NCBI GenBank assembly: GCA_026770705.1
Contig: JANJGN010000026.1
Span: 36,394,001-36,458,000, forward strand
Direction of reading: 5' to 3'
DNA length: 64,000 nucleotides
DNA from: Isurus oxyrinchus
Taxonomy: Eukaryota
Made by a program: the position numbers and the translations under genes. Under the pieces are notes generated by a model. The model was not told the origin of the DNA and did not search any database. It saw only the letters and a list, made by a program, of their open reading frames with translations. Positions 12,812 through 25,859 of the stretch are shown here, piece by piece (position 1 is the stretch's first letter; the number at the start of each line of letters is the position of its first letter).

Positions 12812-14195
12812 TAAAAACAGAAAATTCTGGAAAAACGCCATCCCATCCTCTCAGTTGCTTTGTCACCCTCACATCTGGTCCGATGATGCCACTTTCCAAA
12901 ACACTGCTTCTGACATGTCTTCCTTCTTCCTAAACTGAGGTTTCCCCTCCACCACCCCCCACCCCCACCGCCCCCCACCCCCCCCCCCCCCCCTCCCCCC
13001 CAACCTGTGGTTGACAGGGCCGTTAATTGTGTGTGACCCATCTTCCGAGCCTCTGTTCACACTTTCCCCTCCCACCCAGAGCCATGATAGGATCCTCCTT
13101 GTCCTCACATTTCACCCCACAGCGTCCACATTCAAATGGCCATCCTCCGCCATTTCTACTAACTCCAGCATGATGCCACCACCAAACAAATCTTGTCCTC
13201 ACCACCCCAACCCCTTCGACTACTATCAGTGTTCTGTAGTGGCCATTCCCTTCAGGACACCCTGGCCTACTCCTCCATCAACCCCAATACCTCATTCACT
13301 TCCCATGGCACCTTCCTATGCAATCACAGAAGATGCCACATCTGCCTCTTTACCTCCTCCTTCTTCACCATCCAAGGGCCCAAACATTCCTTTCAGCTGA
13401 AGCACCACTTCATTGCACCTCCTTAAATTTGGCCCACTGCATTCGCTGCTCCCAATGCTGTCTCCTCTAGACTGGGGACACTAATCACAGACTGGGTGAG
13501 TGCTTTGTGGAACACCTTTGGTTTGTCTGCAAGCATGATCAAGGCCTTCTTGTCGCTTGCTATTTCAACACACCACCCTGCTCTCATGCCCACATGTCCA
13601 TCATTGGCCTGCTGTAATGTTCCAGTGAAGCCCAACACAAACTGGAAGAACAGCACCTCATCTTCTGATGATGCACTTTAAAGCCTTATTCATTTATTAA
13701 TTGTTTCAGCCCCATTTTACCCTCTTTTCTTGTTCTTTTTCATATAGTTTTTCCCCAACCACCGCCCCCTCCACCAACCACACCTCCCAAAAGGCCCATC
13801 TGTTACTTGTTCCATGTTGTTCTTTCACAGTGTGTTGACTCTGGTTCTGCTATTAACACATTCTGCTTTCTTACCTTTATGCCACTATCAGCACCTTGTT
13901 TAGCCTTACCACTACCATTAACTCTCCCTTAGCCTTTTTGCCCATGATATGTTTGTCAGCATCACCTTACCCCCAACTATCGCCTGCCTTCTATCCAGCC
14001 TCACCTGATCCACCCCGCTTAAATAGTATTAATGTTGTCATATTTCCATTGTTCTTTAGCTCTGAGGAAGAGTCATAGGGTCTTTAAATGTTAACTCTGC
14101 TTCTCTCCCCACAGGTGCTGTCAGACGTGCTGAGTTTTGCCATCATTTTGTGTTTTCCTTTCAGACTTCCAGCATCTGCAGTATTTTGCTTTTAT
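12812..14195 (+). mobile_element. Older, decayed Penelope-like element (GIY-YIG region and 3' tail)
   Basis: Colinear similarity to 21610-22920, with many indels and stops. Confidence 0.88.
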
Positions 14196-17100
14196 CCCTT
14201 TTGATATAAATTAAGAAAATGCCTTTTGCAGTGATTACTGATACAGGGTCTAGGGTAATATAAACTAAGACAGGGGCAAGTGCAGTGTTTACTCATACAG
14301 GTCTAGATTGATATAAACTGAGGCAGGGCGAAGTGCAGTGTTTACTGATATAGGGTCTAGATTGATACAAACTGAGGCAGGGCATAGTGCAGTGATCGCT
14401 GATACAGGACTGAGATGAATATAAATCAGGACAAGTGATGAGGCAGTGATTCCTGAAACAAGATGTAGAGCATATAAGCTGAGACAGTGTCCATTGCTGT
14501 GAAAACTGTTACAGGGTCTATATCAATATGAGCTGAGATAGTGTCTAGTGTAGTGATTGCTGATACAAGGTCTGGATTAAGATAAACTGAGACAAGGCCT
14601 AATACAGTGATTACTGATACAATGTCTAGATTAAAATAAACTGAGACAGGGTCAAGTGCAGTGATAACTGATAGAGGGTATAGGTTGATATAATCTGAGG
14701 CAGGCCATAGTACAGTGATTACTGATACAGGGTGTCAATCAATAAAAACTGAGACAGTGTCCATTGCAGTGATTACTGATACAGCATCTAGACCAATTTA
14801 ACCTGAGGCAAGGTATAGTGCAGTGTTTACTGGTACACGATTAGCAATAATATAAACTGAGACAACATCTAGTGCAGTGATTACTGATACAGGGCCTATA
14901 TCAATTTACACTGAGATGGAGTCTAATGCACTGATTATTGATACAGGGTCAAAATTAATATAATTGAGACAGGGTCTTGTGCAGTGATTACTGATACAGG
15001 ATCTAGATCAATATAAACAGAGAGAGTCAAGTGCAGAAATTATTAATATAGGGTCTCAATTGATATAAACTGACACAGAGCATTTAGCGTTAATTACTGA
15101 TACAGGGCCTAGATTAATATAAACTGAGAGAGCGTCTAGTGCAGTGATTACTGATACAGAGTCTTTAATAATATAAACTGAGTCAGTCTCTCATGCTGTC
15201 ATTCCTGGAACAGGGTCTGGACTAATAAAAGCTGAGACGGGGCCCAGCGCAGTGATTACTGTTGAAGGGTCGAGGCTAATATGAACGGAGGCAGGGCCAA
15301 CTGCAGTGATTACTGATAAAGAGTTTAGATTAATATAAATTGATTCAGCACCTAGTGAAGTGATTTCTGACACAGACTCTAGATTAGTATGAAGTGAGAC
15401 AGGCTCTTCTGCAGCGATTATCGCTACCAGCTCTAGATTGATAAAAATTGAGGCAGGGCCAAGTGCAGTGATTACTGGTACAGGCTGTAGATTAATACAA
15501 CTGATACAAGGTCTAGTGCAGTGATAACACATACAGGAGAGAGACCAATATAAACCAAGTTAAGGTGTAGTGCAGTGATTACTGATACAGTGGCTAAATC
15601 AATATAAACTGAGACAGGGCCACGTACAGTGATTACTGATGCAGTGTCTAGGTTGATATAATCTGAGGCAGTCCATACTGCAGTAATTACTGATACAGGA
15701 TCTATATCAAAATAAGCTGAGTTAGGTCTAAAGCAGTGTTTACTGATACAGGGTCTTGATAAATATAAAAGGATAGAGGGTCTACCTCACTGATTACTGA
15801 TACAGGGCCCAGACAAATATAAAATAAGACAGGGGCTAATGCAGTGATGACTGATACATGATTGAACTTAACATAAAATGAGACAGGGTCCATTGCAGTG
15901 ATTATTGAAACCCGGTCTAAATTAATACAAAATTAAATAGGGTCTATTGCTATGGTTAATGATACAGGGTCTAGATCAATTTAAACTGAGACAGGGTCTA
16001 GTGCACTGATTACTGATACAGGGTCAAAATTAACATAAGTGAGATAGGGTCTAGTGTGGTGATTACTGATAGTGTCTAGATTAACATAAACTGAGGCAGG
16101 TTCTAGTGCAGTAATTAGTGATACAAGGACTAGATTAATATAAACTGAGACAGGCTCTGGTACAGAGATAAATGATACAGGGTCATGATCAACATTAACC
16201 GAGACAGGGTCTAGTGCACTGATTACTGATACAGGGTCTAGATTGATTTAAAACCAATAACTGAGGCAGGATCTAGTGCAGTGATTACTGATACAGGATC
16301 TAGATCAATGCAAACTGATACAGTGTCTATTGCAGTGATTACTGATACAGGATCTAGATCAATGCAAACTGATACAGTGTCTATTGCAGTGATTACTGAT
16401 ACATGGTCTAGGTTGATATAAATGAGGCAGGGCCTACTGCCATGATTACTGATACAAGATCTAGACTAATATAAACTGAGACAGGCTTGAGTGAAGAGAT
16501 AACTGATACAGGACCTAGATCAATATTAACTGAGATAGGGTCTCGTGGACTGAATACTCATGCAGGGTTTAAGCTAATATGAACTGAGACAGGGCATTGT
16601 ACAGTGATTACTGATAGTGGGCCTGTATAAATACAAACTAGAACAGGGCTAGTGCAGTGATTACTGATACAGGGTCTGGACTAATATAAACTGAGATGGG
16701 GCCCAAAGCAATGATTACTGATACAGGCTCTAAATTAATATAAACTGAGGCAGGGCCTAGTGCAGTGATTACTAATACAGGGGCTAGATCAATATAAACT
16801 GAGATAGTGTCTTGTGCAGTTCTTACTTACACAGGGCCCAGATAAATATAAGCCAGGACAGGGGCTAGTGCAGTGATTACTGATACAGGGGCTAAATCAA
16901 TATAAACTGAGACAGGGCCTAGATCAATGATTATTATACAGGGTCTTGATTAATATAAAATGAAAGACGGTCTTCTGCAGTGATTACTGATACAGGGTCT
17001 AGATTGAAATAAACTAAGGCAGGCAATAGTGAAGTGGTTACTGATTCAGGGCCCAGATAAATATACACTAGGACATGGGCTAGCGTGGTAATTACTGATA

Positions 17101-20100
17101 CAGGGTCTAGATCAACATAAACTGAGACAGTATCCATTGCTGTGATTATTTTTACAGGGCCTAGATCAATGCAAACTGATACAGTGTCTATTGCAGTGAT
17201 TACTGATACAGGGTCTAGATTAATATAAACTGAGACAGGCCCTAGTGCCGTATTTAATGATACAGGATCTAGACGAATATAAACTAAGACAGGCTCAAGT
17301 GAAGAGATAACTGATATAGAGCCTAGATCAATATTAACTGAGACAGGGCCTAATGCACCAATTACTGATATAAGGTCTAGATTAACATAAACTGAGAGAG
17401 GTACTGGTGCAGTGATTGCTAACATAGGGCCTAGATTGATATAAACTGATATAGAGCATAGAGCAGTGATTACTGATAAAGGCTCTAGATTAATAGAAAC
17501 TGAGACAGGGCCTGGTGCAGTGATTACTAAGACAGTGTGTTCATTAATATAAACTGAGACAGGCTCTATTTCAATGATTACTGATACAGGTCATGTCCAG
17601 TGCAGTTCTTACTGACACAGGGTCTAGATCAAAATAAACTGAGACAGTATCCAGTGAAATGATTCCTGATGCAGGATGTAGATGATAAAAACTGAGGCAG
17701 GGCATAGTGCAATGATTACTGATACAGGGTCTAGATTTCTATAGACCGGGGCAGGTCATAGCGCAGTGAATACTGATTCATACAAACTGGGACAGGATCT
17801 GGGGCAGTGATTACTGATACAGGGACTAGATAAAAATAAACTGACACTGTGTCCAGGGCGGTGATTACTGATACACGACCTGAACTAATATAAAATAAGA
17901 CAGGGCCAAGTGCAGTGATTATTGATACATGGTCTTGACTAATACAAACTGAGATGGGGCCTGGTGCAGTGATTACTGATGTAGGGTGTAGGTTAATATG
18001 AACTGAGAACTGAGACAGAGTATATTGCAGAGCTTACTGATGCATGGTGTGGACTACTATAAACTGAGTCTGGGTCTAGTGCGGAGAAATATGATGCAGC
18101 TGATGTCAATATTAACCGAAACAGGGTCCAGTGCAATGGTTACTGATAATGTACTTTGATTAATATAAACTGAAACTGTGTCCAGTGCAGTGATTAGTGA
18201 CACAGGTTCTAGGTTAATGTAAACTGAGTCAGGGCCTAGTGCAGTGATTACCGATACAGGGTCTGGATTAATATAAACTGAGACAGGGTCTAGTGCAGTG
18301 TTTACTGATACAGGGTCTAGATTAATAGAAAATGAGACAGGGCCAAGTTCAGTGATTACTGATACAGGGTCTAGGTTAAGATAACCAGGGACAGGGCCTC
18401 AGGCAGTGATTACTGATACAGGGCCTTCAGTAATATAAACTGAGACAGGTTCTATTGCAGAGATAACTGATACAGGGTCTAGAACAACATTAACTGAGAC
18501 TGGGTCTAGTGCAGTGATTACTGATACAGTCTAGATTACGGTAATCTGAGTCAGGACCTAGAGCAGTGATTACTTATACAGGGTCTTGATTAATGTAAAA
18601 CGAAAGAGGGTCTCCTGCAGTGATTAATGATACAGGGTCTAGTTTGAAATAAACTGAGGCAGGCCATTGTGCAGTAATTACTGACACAGGATCTCGATTA
18701 ATATAAACTGAGGTAGGGCCAAGCGCAGCGATTATCAATCCAGGGTCTAGATTAATAGAAACTGAGGCAAATGCAGTGACTACTGATAAAGGGTCTAGAT
18801 TTATATAAACTGGGGCAGGGCATAGCACAGTGAATACTGATACAGGGATGAGATTAATACAAACTGAGACAGGATCTGGGGTAATGATTACTGATACAGG
18901 GACTAGATCACAATAAACTGACACCATGTCAAGGGCGGTGATTACTAATAAATGGCCTGAACTAGTGTAAACTGAGACAGGGCCAAGTGCAGTGACTACT
19001 GATACAGGGTCTTGTCTAATACAAACTGAGACAGGTCCTAGTGCAGTGATTACCGATTCAGGGCCTAGATTAATATGAACTGAGAACTGAGACAAAGTAT
19101 ATTGCAGAGATTACTGATGCATGATGTGGACTACTATAAACTGAGTCTGGGTCTAGTGCAGAGAAATATGATGCAGGGCCGACGTCAACATTAACTGAGA
19201 CAGGGTCCAGTGCAGATGTTACTGATACAGGGCCTTGATCAATATACACTGAGACAGTGTCCAGTGCAGTGATTAGAGACTTAGGACCTAGATTAATATA
19301 AACGGAGTCAGGGCCTCATGCAATCATTACTGATATAGGGTCTAGATTGATATAAACTGCAGGAGGGCATTGTGCAGTGATTATGGAGACAGGGCCTGGA
19401 TTAATATAAACTGAGACAGGGTCTAGTGCAGTGATGACTGATACAGTCTTGAGATTGATATAAACTGAGGTAGTGCATTCTGCAGTGATTACTGACACTG
19501 GCTTTAGATTAAGATAGATATAAATCAATATAAATGGAGACAGTCTCTACTGCAGTGATTACTGATACAGAGTCTAGATTGATATAAACAGTAACAGGGT
19601 GTAGTATAGTGATTACTGATACAGGGCCAAGATTAATATAAGCTGAGACAGGATCTAGTGAGTTATTACTGATAAAGGGACTATATTATTTTTTAATGAG
19701 AAAGGGTCTAGTCTCTGATTACTAATGCAGCATCTAGATTTTTATAAGCTGAGACAGGATCCAGTGCAGTGATTATTGACATAGGGCTTAGATTAATATA
19801 AACTAAGGCAGTGCATATTGCAGTGCTTACTGATACAAGGTTGAGATTAATAGAAACTGAGAAAGGGCCAAGTGCAATGATTACTGATACAGGCTCTAGG
19901 TTAAGATAAACAGAGACAGGGCCTAAGGCAGTGATTACTGATACAGGGCCTTCACTAATAGAAACTGAGACAGGTTCTATCGCAGAGATGGAAATAGGTG
20001 GGAAAAGAAAAATCTATATAATTTATAGGGAAAAGAAAGGGAAAAAGGGGGAAACAGAAAGGGGGTGGGGATGGGGGAGGGAGCTCACGACCTAAAGTTG

Positions 20101-20612
20101 TTGAACTCAATATTCAGACCAGAAGGCTGTAAGGTGCCTAGTCGGAAGATGAGGTGTTGTTCCTCCAGTTTGCGTTGGGCTTCACTGGAACAATGCAGCA
20201 AGCCAAGGACAGACATGTGGGCAAGAGAGCAGGGTGGAGTGTTAAAATGGCAAGCGACAGGGAGGTTTGGATCATTCTTGCGGACAGACCGCAGGTGTTC
20301 TGCAAAGCAGTCGCCCAGTTTACGTTTGGTCTCTCCAATGTAGAAGAGACCACATTGGGAGCAACGAATGCAGTAGACTAAGTTGGGGGAAATGCAAGTG
20401 AAATGCTGCTTCACTTGAAAGGAATGTTTGGGCCCTTGGACGGTGAGGAGAGAGGAAGTGAAGGGGCAGGTGTTACATCTTTTGCGTGGGCATGGGGTGG
20501 TGCCATAGGAGGGGGTTGAGGAGTAGGGGGTGATGGAGGAGTGGACCAGGGTGTCCCGGAGGGAGCGATCCCTACGGAATGCCGATAAGGGGGGTGAAGG
20601 GGGATAAGGGGG

Positions 20613-22403
20613 GTGAAGGGTGAAGGTTTTGTCTGGCGCACTGACCTCTACCTCGTGGAGGCTGAGCGTCAACTCGCAGACACTTCCTCCTACCTCTCCC
20701 TGGACCATGACCCCACCACTGAACATCAAGCCATTGTTTCCAGGACTGTCACTGACCTCATCTCCTCTGGGGATCTCCCTCCCACAGCTTCCAACCTGAT
20801 AGTCGCCCAACCTCGGACGGCCCGCATCTATCTCCTACCCAAAATCCACAAACAGAACTGCCCCGGTAGACCGATCGTCTCAGCTTGCTCCTGCCCCACA
20901 GAACTCATCTCTCGTTATCTTGACTCCCTTCTCTCTCCCCTTGTCCAGTCCCTTCCCACCTACATCCGTGATTCCTCTGACACCTTACGTCACATCAACA
21001 ATTTCCAGTTCCCTGGCTCCAACCGCTTCCTCTTCACCATGGACGTCCAATCCCTCTACACCTCCATCCCCCACCAGGATGGTCTGAGGGCCCTTAGCTT
21101 CTTCCTCGAACAGAGGCCCGAACAATCCCCATCCACCACTACTCTCCTCCGTCTGGCTGAACTTGTTCTCATGTTGAACAATTTCTCCTTCAACTCCTCT
21201 CACTTTCTCCAAATAAAAGGTGTGGCTATGGGTACCCGCATGGGCCCCAGCTATGCCTGTCTCTTTATGGGGTATGTGGAACATTCCTTGTTGCAGTCCT
21301 ACTCCGGCCCCCTTCCACAACTTTTTCTCCGGTACATCGATGATTACTTCGGTGCCGCTTCATGCTCTCGTCGGGACTTGGAAAAATTTATTAATTTTGC
21401 TTCCAATCTCCACCCCTCCATCATTTTCACGTGGTCCATCTCTGACACTTCCCTTCCCTTCCTTGACCTCTCTGTCTCAATCTCTGGTGATAGACTGTCC
21501 ACCAATATCCATTACAAACCCACCGACTCCCACAGCTACCTCGACTACAGCTCCTCACACCCCGCTTCCTGTAAGGACTCCATCCCATTCTCCCAGTTCC
21601 TTTGCCTTCGTCGCATCTGTTCCGATGATGCTACCTTCAAAAACGGTTCCTCTGACATGTCCTCCTTCTTCCTTAACCGAGGTTTTCCACCCACGGTCGT
21701 TGACAGGGCCCTCAACCGTGTCCGGCCCATCTCCCGCGCATCCGCCCTCACGCCTCCTCCTCCCTCCCAGAAACATGATAGGGTCCCCCTTGTCCTCACT
21801 TATCACCCCACCAGCCTCCGCATTCAAAGGATCATCTTCCGCCATTTCCGCCAACTCCAGCATGATGCCACCACCAAACACATCTTCCCTTCACCCCCCT
21901 TATCGGCATTCCGTAGGGATCGCTCCCTCCGGGACACCCTGGTCCACTCCTCCATCACCCCCTACTCCTCAATCCCCTCCTATGGCACCACCCCATGCCC
22001 ACGCAAAAGATGTAACACCTGCCCCTTCACTTCCTCTCTCCTCACCGTCCAAGGGCCCAAACATTCCTCTCAAGTGAAGCAGCATTTCACTTGCATTTCC
22101 CCCAACTTAGTCTACTGCATTCGTTGCTCCCAATGTGGTCTCCTCTACATTGGAGAGACCAAACGTAAACTGGGCGACTGCTTTGCAGAACACCTGCGGT
22201 CTGTCCGCAAGAATGATCCAAACCTCCATGTCGCTTGCCATTTTAACACTCCACCCTGCTCTCTTGCCCACATGTCTGTCCTTGGCTTGCTGCATTGTTC
22301 CAGCGAAGCCCAACGCAAACTGGAGGAACAACACCTCATCTTCCGACTAGGCACCTTACAGCCTTCCGGTCTGAATATTGAGTTCAACAACTTTAGGTCA
22401 TGA
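20613..22403 (+). CDS. Penelope-like reverse transcriptase + GIY-YIG endonuclease ORF (N-terminally truncated, 596 codons open)
   Basis: YLLPKIHK..GRPIVS, MDVQSLYTSI, GVAMGT, RYIDD, LPFLD; Cys linker CPRKRCNTC; VYCIRC..YIGET..EH..H..E..GLN. Confidence 0.93.
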   Translation: MKGEGFVWRTDLYLVEAERQLADTSSYLSLDHDPTTEHQAIVSRTVTDLISSGDLPPTASNLIVAQPRTARIYLLPKIHKQNCPGRPIVSACSCPTELISRYLDSLLSPLVQSLPTYIRDSSDTLRHINNFQFPGSNRFLFTMDVQSLYTSIPHQDGLRALSFFLEQRPEQSPSTTTLLRLAELVLMLNNFSFNSSHFLQIKGVAMGTRMGPSYACLFMGYVEHSLLQSYSGPLPQLFLRYIDDYFGAASCSRRDLEKFINFASNLHPSIIFTWSISDTSLPFLDLSVSISGDRLSTNIHYKPTDSHSYLDYSSSHPASCKDSIPFSQFLCLRRICSDDATFKNGSSDMSSFFLNRGFPPTVVDRALNRVRPISRASALTPPPPSQKHDRVPLVLTYHPTSLRIQRIIFRHFRQLQHDATTKHIFPSPPLSAFRRDRSLRDTLVHSSITPYSSIPSYGTTPCPRKRCNTCPFTSSLLTVQGPKHSSQVKQHFTCISPNLVYCIRCSQCGLLYIGETKRKLGDCFAEHLRSVRKNDPNLHVACHFNTPPCSLAHMSVLGLLHCSSEAQRKLEEQHLIFRLGTLQPSGLNIEFNNFRS

Positions 22404-22785
22404 GCTCCCTCCCCCATCCCCACCCCCTTTCTGTTTCCCCCTTTTTCCTTTTTTTTTCCCTATAAATTATATAGATTTTTCTTTTCCCACCTATTTCCAT
22501 TATTTTTAAATATTTTAAAATCTTTTATGCTCCCCCCACCCCCACTAGAGCTGTACCTTGAGTGCCCTACCATCCATTCTTAATTAGCACATTCGTTTAG
22601 ATAATATCACCAACTTTAACTTTAACACCTATGTGTTCTTTTGTACCATTGTCACTGACATCTTTTGATGATCTGCTTCCAACACGGCTTGTTTGTCTAC
22701 ACAACCACCTCTCTCTCTCCCTATCTCTCCGCCCTACACACACACCTTAAACCAGCTTATATTTCAACTCTTGGACTCGAAATCA

Positions 22786-22824
22786 AGTTCTGTCGAAGGG
22801 TCATGAGGACTCGAAACGTCAACT
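22786..22824 (+). ncRNA. Minimal type-I hammerhead-ribozyme-like motif in Penelope 3' region (variant core)
   Basis: Stem I AGTT/AACT, core CTGTCGA, stem II GGGTC-ATGAG-GACTC, GAAA, palindromic ACGT, GTC cleavage triplet; one core base differs from CUGANGA. Confidence 0.6.
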
Positions 22825-25504
22825 CTTTTCTTCTCCGCCGATGCTGCCAGACCTGCTGAGTTTTTCCAGGTAATTCTGTTTTTGTTTTGGATTTCCAGCA
22901 TCCGCAGTTTTGTTTTGTTTTTATCTATCGCAGAGATAACTGATACAGTGTCTAGATCAACATTAACTGATATGGGGCCTAGTGCAGTGATTACTGATAC
23001 CAGCCTAGATTAATATAAACTGAGACAGGGCCTAGAGCAGTGGTTAATTACACAGGGTCTTGATTAATATAAAATGAAAGAGGGTCTTCTGCAGTGATTA
23101 ATGATACAGGGTCTAGGTTGAAATAAACTGAGGCAAGCCATTGTGCAGTGGTTACTGATGCAAGACCCATATAAATGTATTCTAGAACATGGGCTAGTGC
23201 AGTGATTACTGACACAGGATCTAGATCAATATAAACTGACACAGTGTCCATTGCAGTGATTATTGATACAGGGTCTCAATCAATGCAAACTGATACATTG
23301 TCTATTGCAGTGATTACTGATACATAGCCTTGATTAATGGAAACTGAGACAGGTTCCAGTGCCGTATTTAGTGATAGAGGATCTAGACTAATATAAACTG
23401 AGACAGGCTCAATTTCAGAGATAACTGATGCAGGGCCTAGATAAATATTACCGGAAACAGGACCTACTACACTGATTATTTATCCAGAGCCTGGGTTAAT
23501 ATTAACTGAGACAGGGCCTAGTGCAGTGATTACTAATACAGAGTCTAGATTGATAAATATTGAGACAGAGCATAGTACAATGATTACTGATACAGCATCT
23601 AGATTAATAAAAACTGAAAGAGGACCAGGTCCATTGATTACTGATACAGGGTCTCGAGATATTAACTGAGACAAGGTCTAGTGCAGTGATTACTTACACA
23701 GGATCTAGATTAATATAATCTGATATAGGGCCAAGTGCAGCAATTACCGAAACAGGATCTGGATTAATAGAAACTGCAGCAGGGCATTGTACAATGATTA
23801 CTGATACAGAGTCTAGATTAATAGAACCTGAGACAAAGTTCAGTGCTGTGTTTACTGATACATGGTCCTGATCAATATAAACTCAGACAATGACCAGTGG
23901 AGTGATGACTGATACAGGGTCTAAATTGATATAAACTGAGGCAGTACATAGTGCAGTGATTACTGATACAGGTCTAGGTTAGTATAACCTGGACAGGCTC
24001 TACTGCAGTGATTACTGATATAGGGCCAAAATTAATATAAACTAACAGGATCTAGTGAGTTATTACTGATGAAGGGACTATATTAATTTTTAATGAGAAA
24101 GGGTCTAGTGCACTCATTACTAATGCAACATCTAGATTTTTATCAGCTGAGACAGGATCCAATGCAGTGATTACTGATATAGTGTTTAGATTAATAGAAA
24201 CTAATAAAAATAGAAAAGGGCCAAGTGCATTGATTACTGATACAGGCTCTAGGTTAAGATAAGCTGAGACAGGGTGTGGTGCAGTGATTACTGATCAATT
24301 ATCTGGACTAATATAAAGTGAGACAGGGCCAAGTGCAAGATTTATTTCATCGGTGGCGCCCATATCCCAAGAATGAATTAAAGTGATGCAAAATACTGTA
24401 GATTCTGGAAATCTAAAGCAAAACAAAAAAAAAACACACTTAGCAGGCCTGTGAGCATCAGTTCGGAGAGAAACAGATCAAATTTTCAGGTCGATGGCAG
24501 GTGCAAAATCTCCTTTGGTACCATCCTTGAGAGCAGAACTGTTCGCCCCACTATCCCATACCAATATTCATTCTTTAAGTAAAATCAAATATTATCTGGT
24601 CATTTTTCACAGCTCTATTCGTGGGATCTTGCTGTGTACAGATCACCCGATGCGTTTCCAACATTACAGCTGTGTATAAACTACTACAAAACTACGTTGA
24701 CAAGTTTTAAGGGTCGTGAGCATCATTCTATAAATGCACATTATTTCTAAATGTTAACATTTTAAAATGATACCTGCAATATGTTGAAAACCCAGAGATT
24801 AATATGATTGTAGGGCAGTCCTCTGGCTGCCGTTTTAACTTGTCCAGTTTAAAGGGGTTAAATCTTCAATCAAATTGACATTCAATGGAATCCCAACCTG
24901 TTCAAAGATTGTGATAGTAGATCTTTTGGAATTAAATCCTTAATTTAAATGTATTTTTATTTATTTGAAATAAATAACATGTGTTCTTATGGATGTTAAA
25001 GAAGTTTCCATTCATTTTGTACCAACTGTCAATATTCTTAAAATAAAACCTTGTTTTGAGTTAAAACCAATCAATAAGTGTCTGTGTATTTCTGGTTTTG
25101 CTGCAATGAACACTTCATTGAAACCAGTGAGGCGTTTATGTAAATAAACACAGAAATAGAAGTCCCAGATTAGATTCTGGAGGGACAAAAACACAACAAA
25201 TATTTCCCCACCAACACAGAAATAGAGCCAAACATGCAAATACATCAACCGATTGCAGTAGCAATTTTTTTGGGCAATTTTTAAAATTAGTTATATGAGC
25301 ATTATGTCACGATGATATCTATGTTCAGAATTAAGATAGACTCCCACTTATCATGAAATATAATGGCATGGCAAATGTGTTTGTAGAGATTTCCTGTACC
25401 CTCTCCCTCTCTGTCTCTTTCTCTTATTTGGTTCTTTGTTTTGTCTCTCCACCATGGGTCACCAGTAGCGAGGATTTGATGCCGCAATGAAATGCCGAAG
25501 GATC

Positions 25505-25850
25505 TTTCCCTGTATCTAACCTGTGCTGTCTCGGCCTTTGGAGTATTTGATGGGACAGTGTAGACTGGGACAATTTTACTCTGAATCTAACCCGTGCTAT
25601 ACCTGCCTTACGAGTTTTCCATGTGGCAATGTAGAGGGAGCTTTATATTATTAATGTAGTCCCATGCTACACCTGACCTGGGAGTGTTTGATGAAGCTGC
25701 AGGCCCTGTCTCTGCATTACACTAGACCGGTTCTAACCGCATATAACCAGTGCTGGGAGTATTTAATGCGGCAATGTAGAGGGAGCTTTAAATTCTGTGC
25801 CTCGCCCCATGCTGCACCTGCCCTGGGAGTGTTTGATGGGACTGTAGGCC
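25505..25850 (+). repeat. ~65-70-bp tandem repeat (GTAGAGGGAGCTTTACTCTGTATCTAACCCGTGCTGTACCTGCCCTGGGAGTGTTTGATGGGACA-like)
   Basis: About four diverged units; related solo units near 41180-41290, 51170-51225 and 55190-55270. Confidence 0.8.
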
Positions 25851-25859
25851 CGGTGTCAA

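Larger units (their letters stand above)
19990..22923 (+). mobile_element. Young Penelope-like retroelement (Neptune-like), 5'-truncated, with inverted partial copy and 14-bp TSD
   Basis: TSD TCTATCGCAGAGAT at 19976-19989 and 22924-22937; 19988-20601 is the reverse complement of 21887-22500. Confidence 0.96.
14220..24340 (+). repeat. Main 54-bp tandem array (dimer of two related 27-mers), ~7.2 kb excluding the Penelope insertion
   Basis: Consensus ACTGATACAGGGTCTAGATTAATATAA + ACTGAGACAGGGTCTAGTGCAGTGATT; exact 54-bp duplicate at 16277-16330/16331-16384. Confidence 0.97.

Noticed and set aside
15191-23674. Hydrophobic ORFs with DPVSVITAL/DPVSVYINL repeats
   Set aside because: Translation of the 27-bp (9-codon) satellite; frequent stops and indels, no gene structure
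14220-24340. CRISPR-like appearance of regularly spaced repeats
   Set aside because: Intervening sequences are themselves repeats, not unique spacers; vertebrate DNA, no cas genes
25212-25245. 34-nt leader-like minus-strand exon MYLHVWLYFCV-G overlapping an octamer at 25234-25241
   Set aside because: Weak GTGGGG donor and no identifiable following exon
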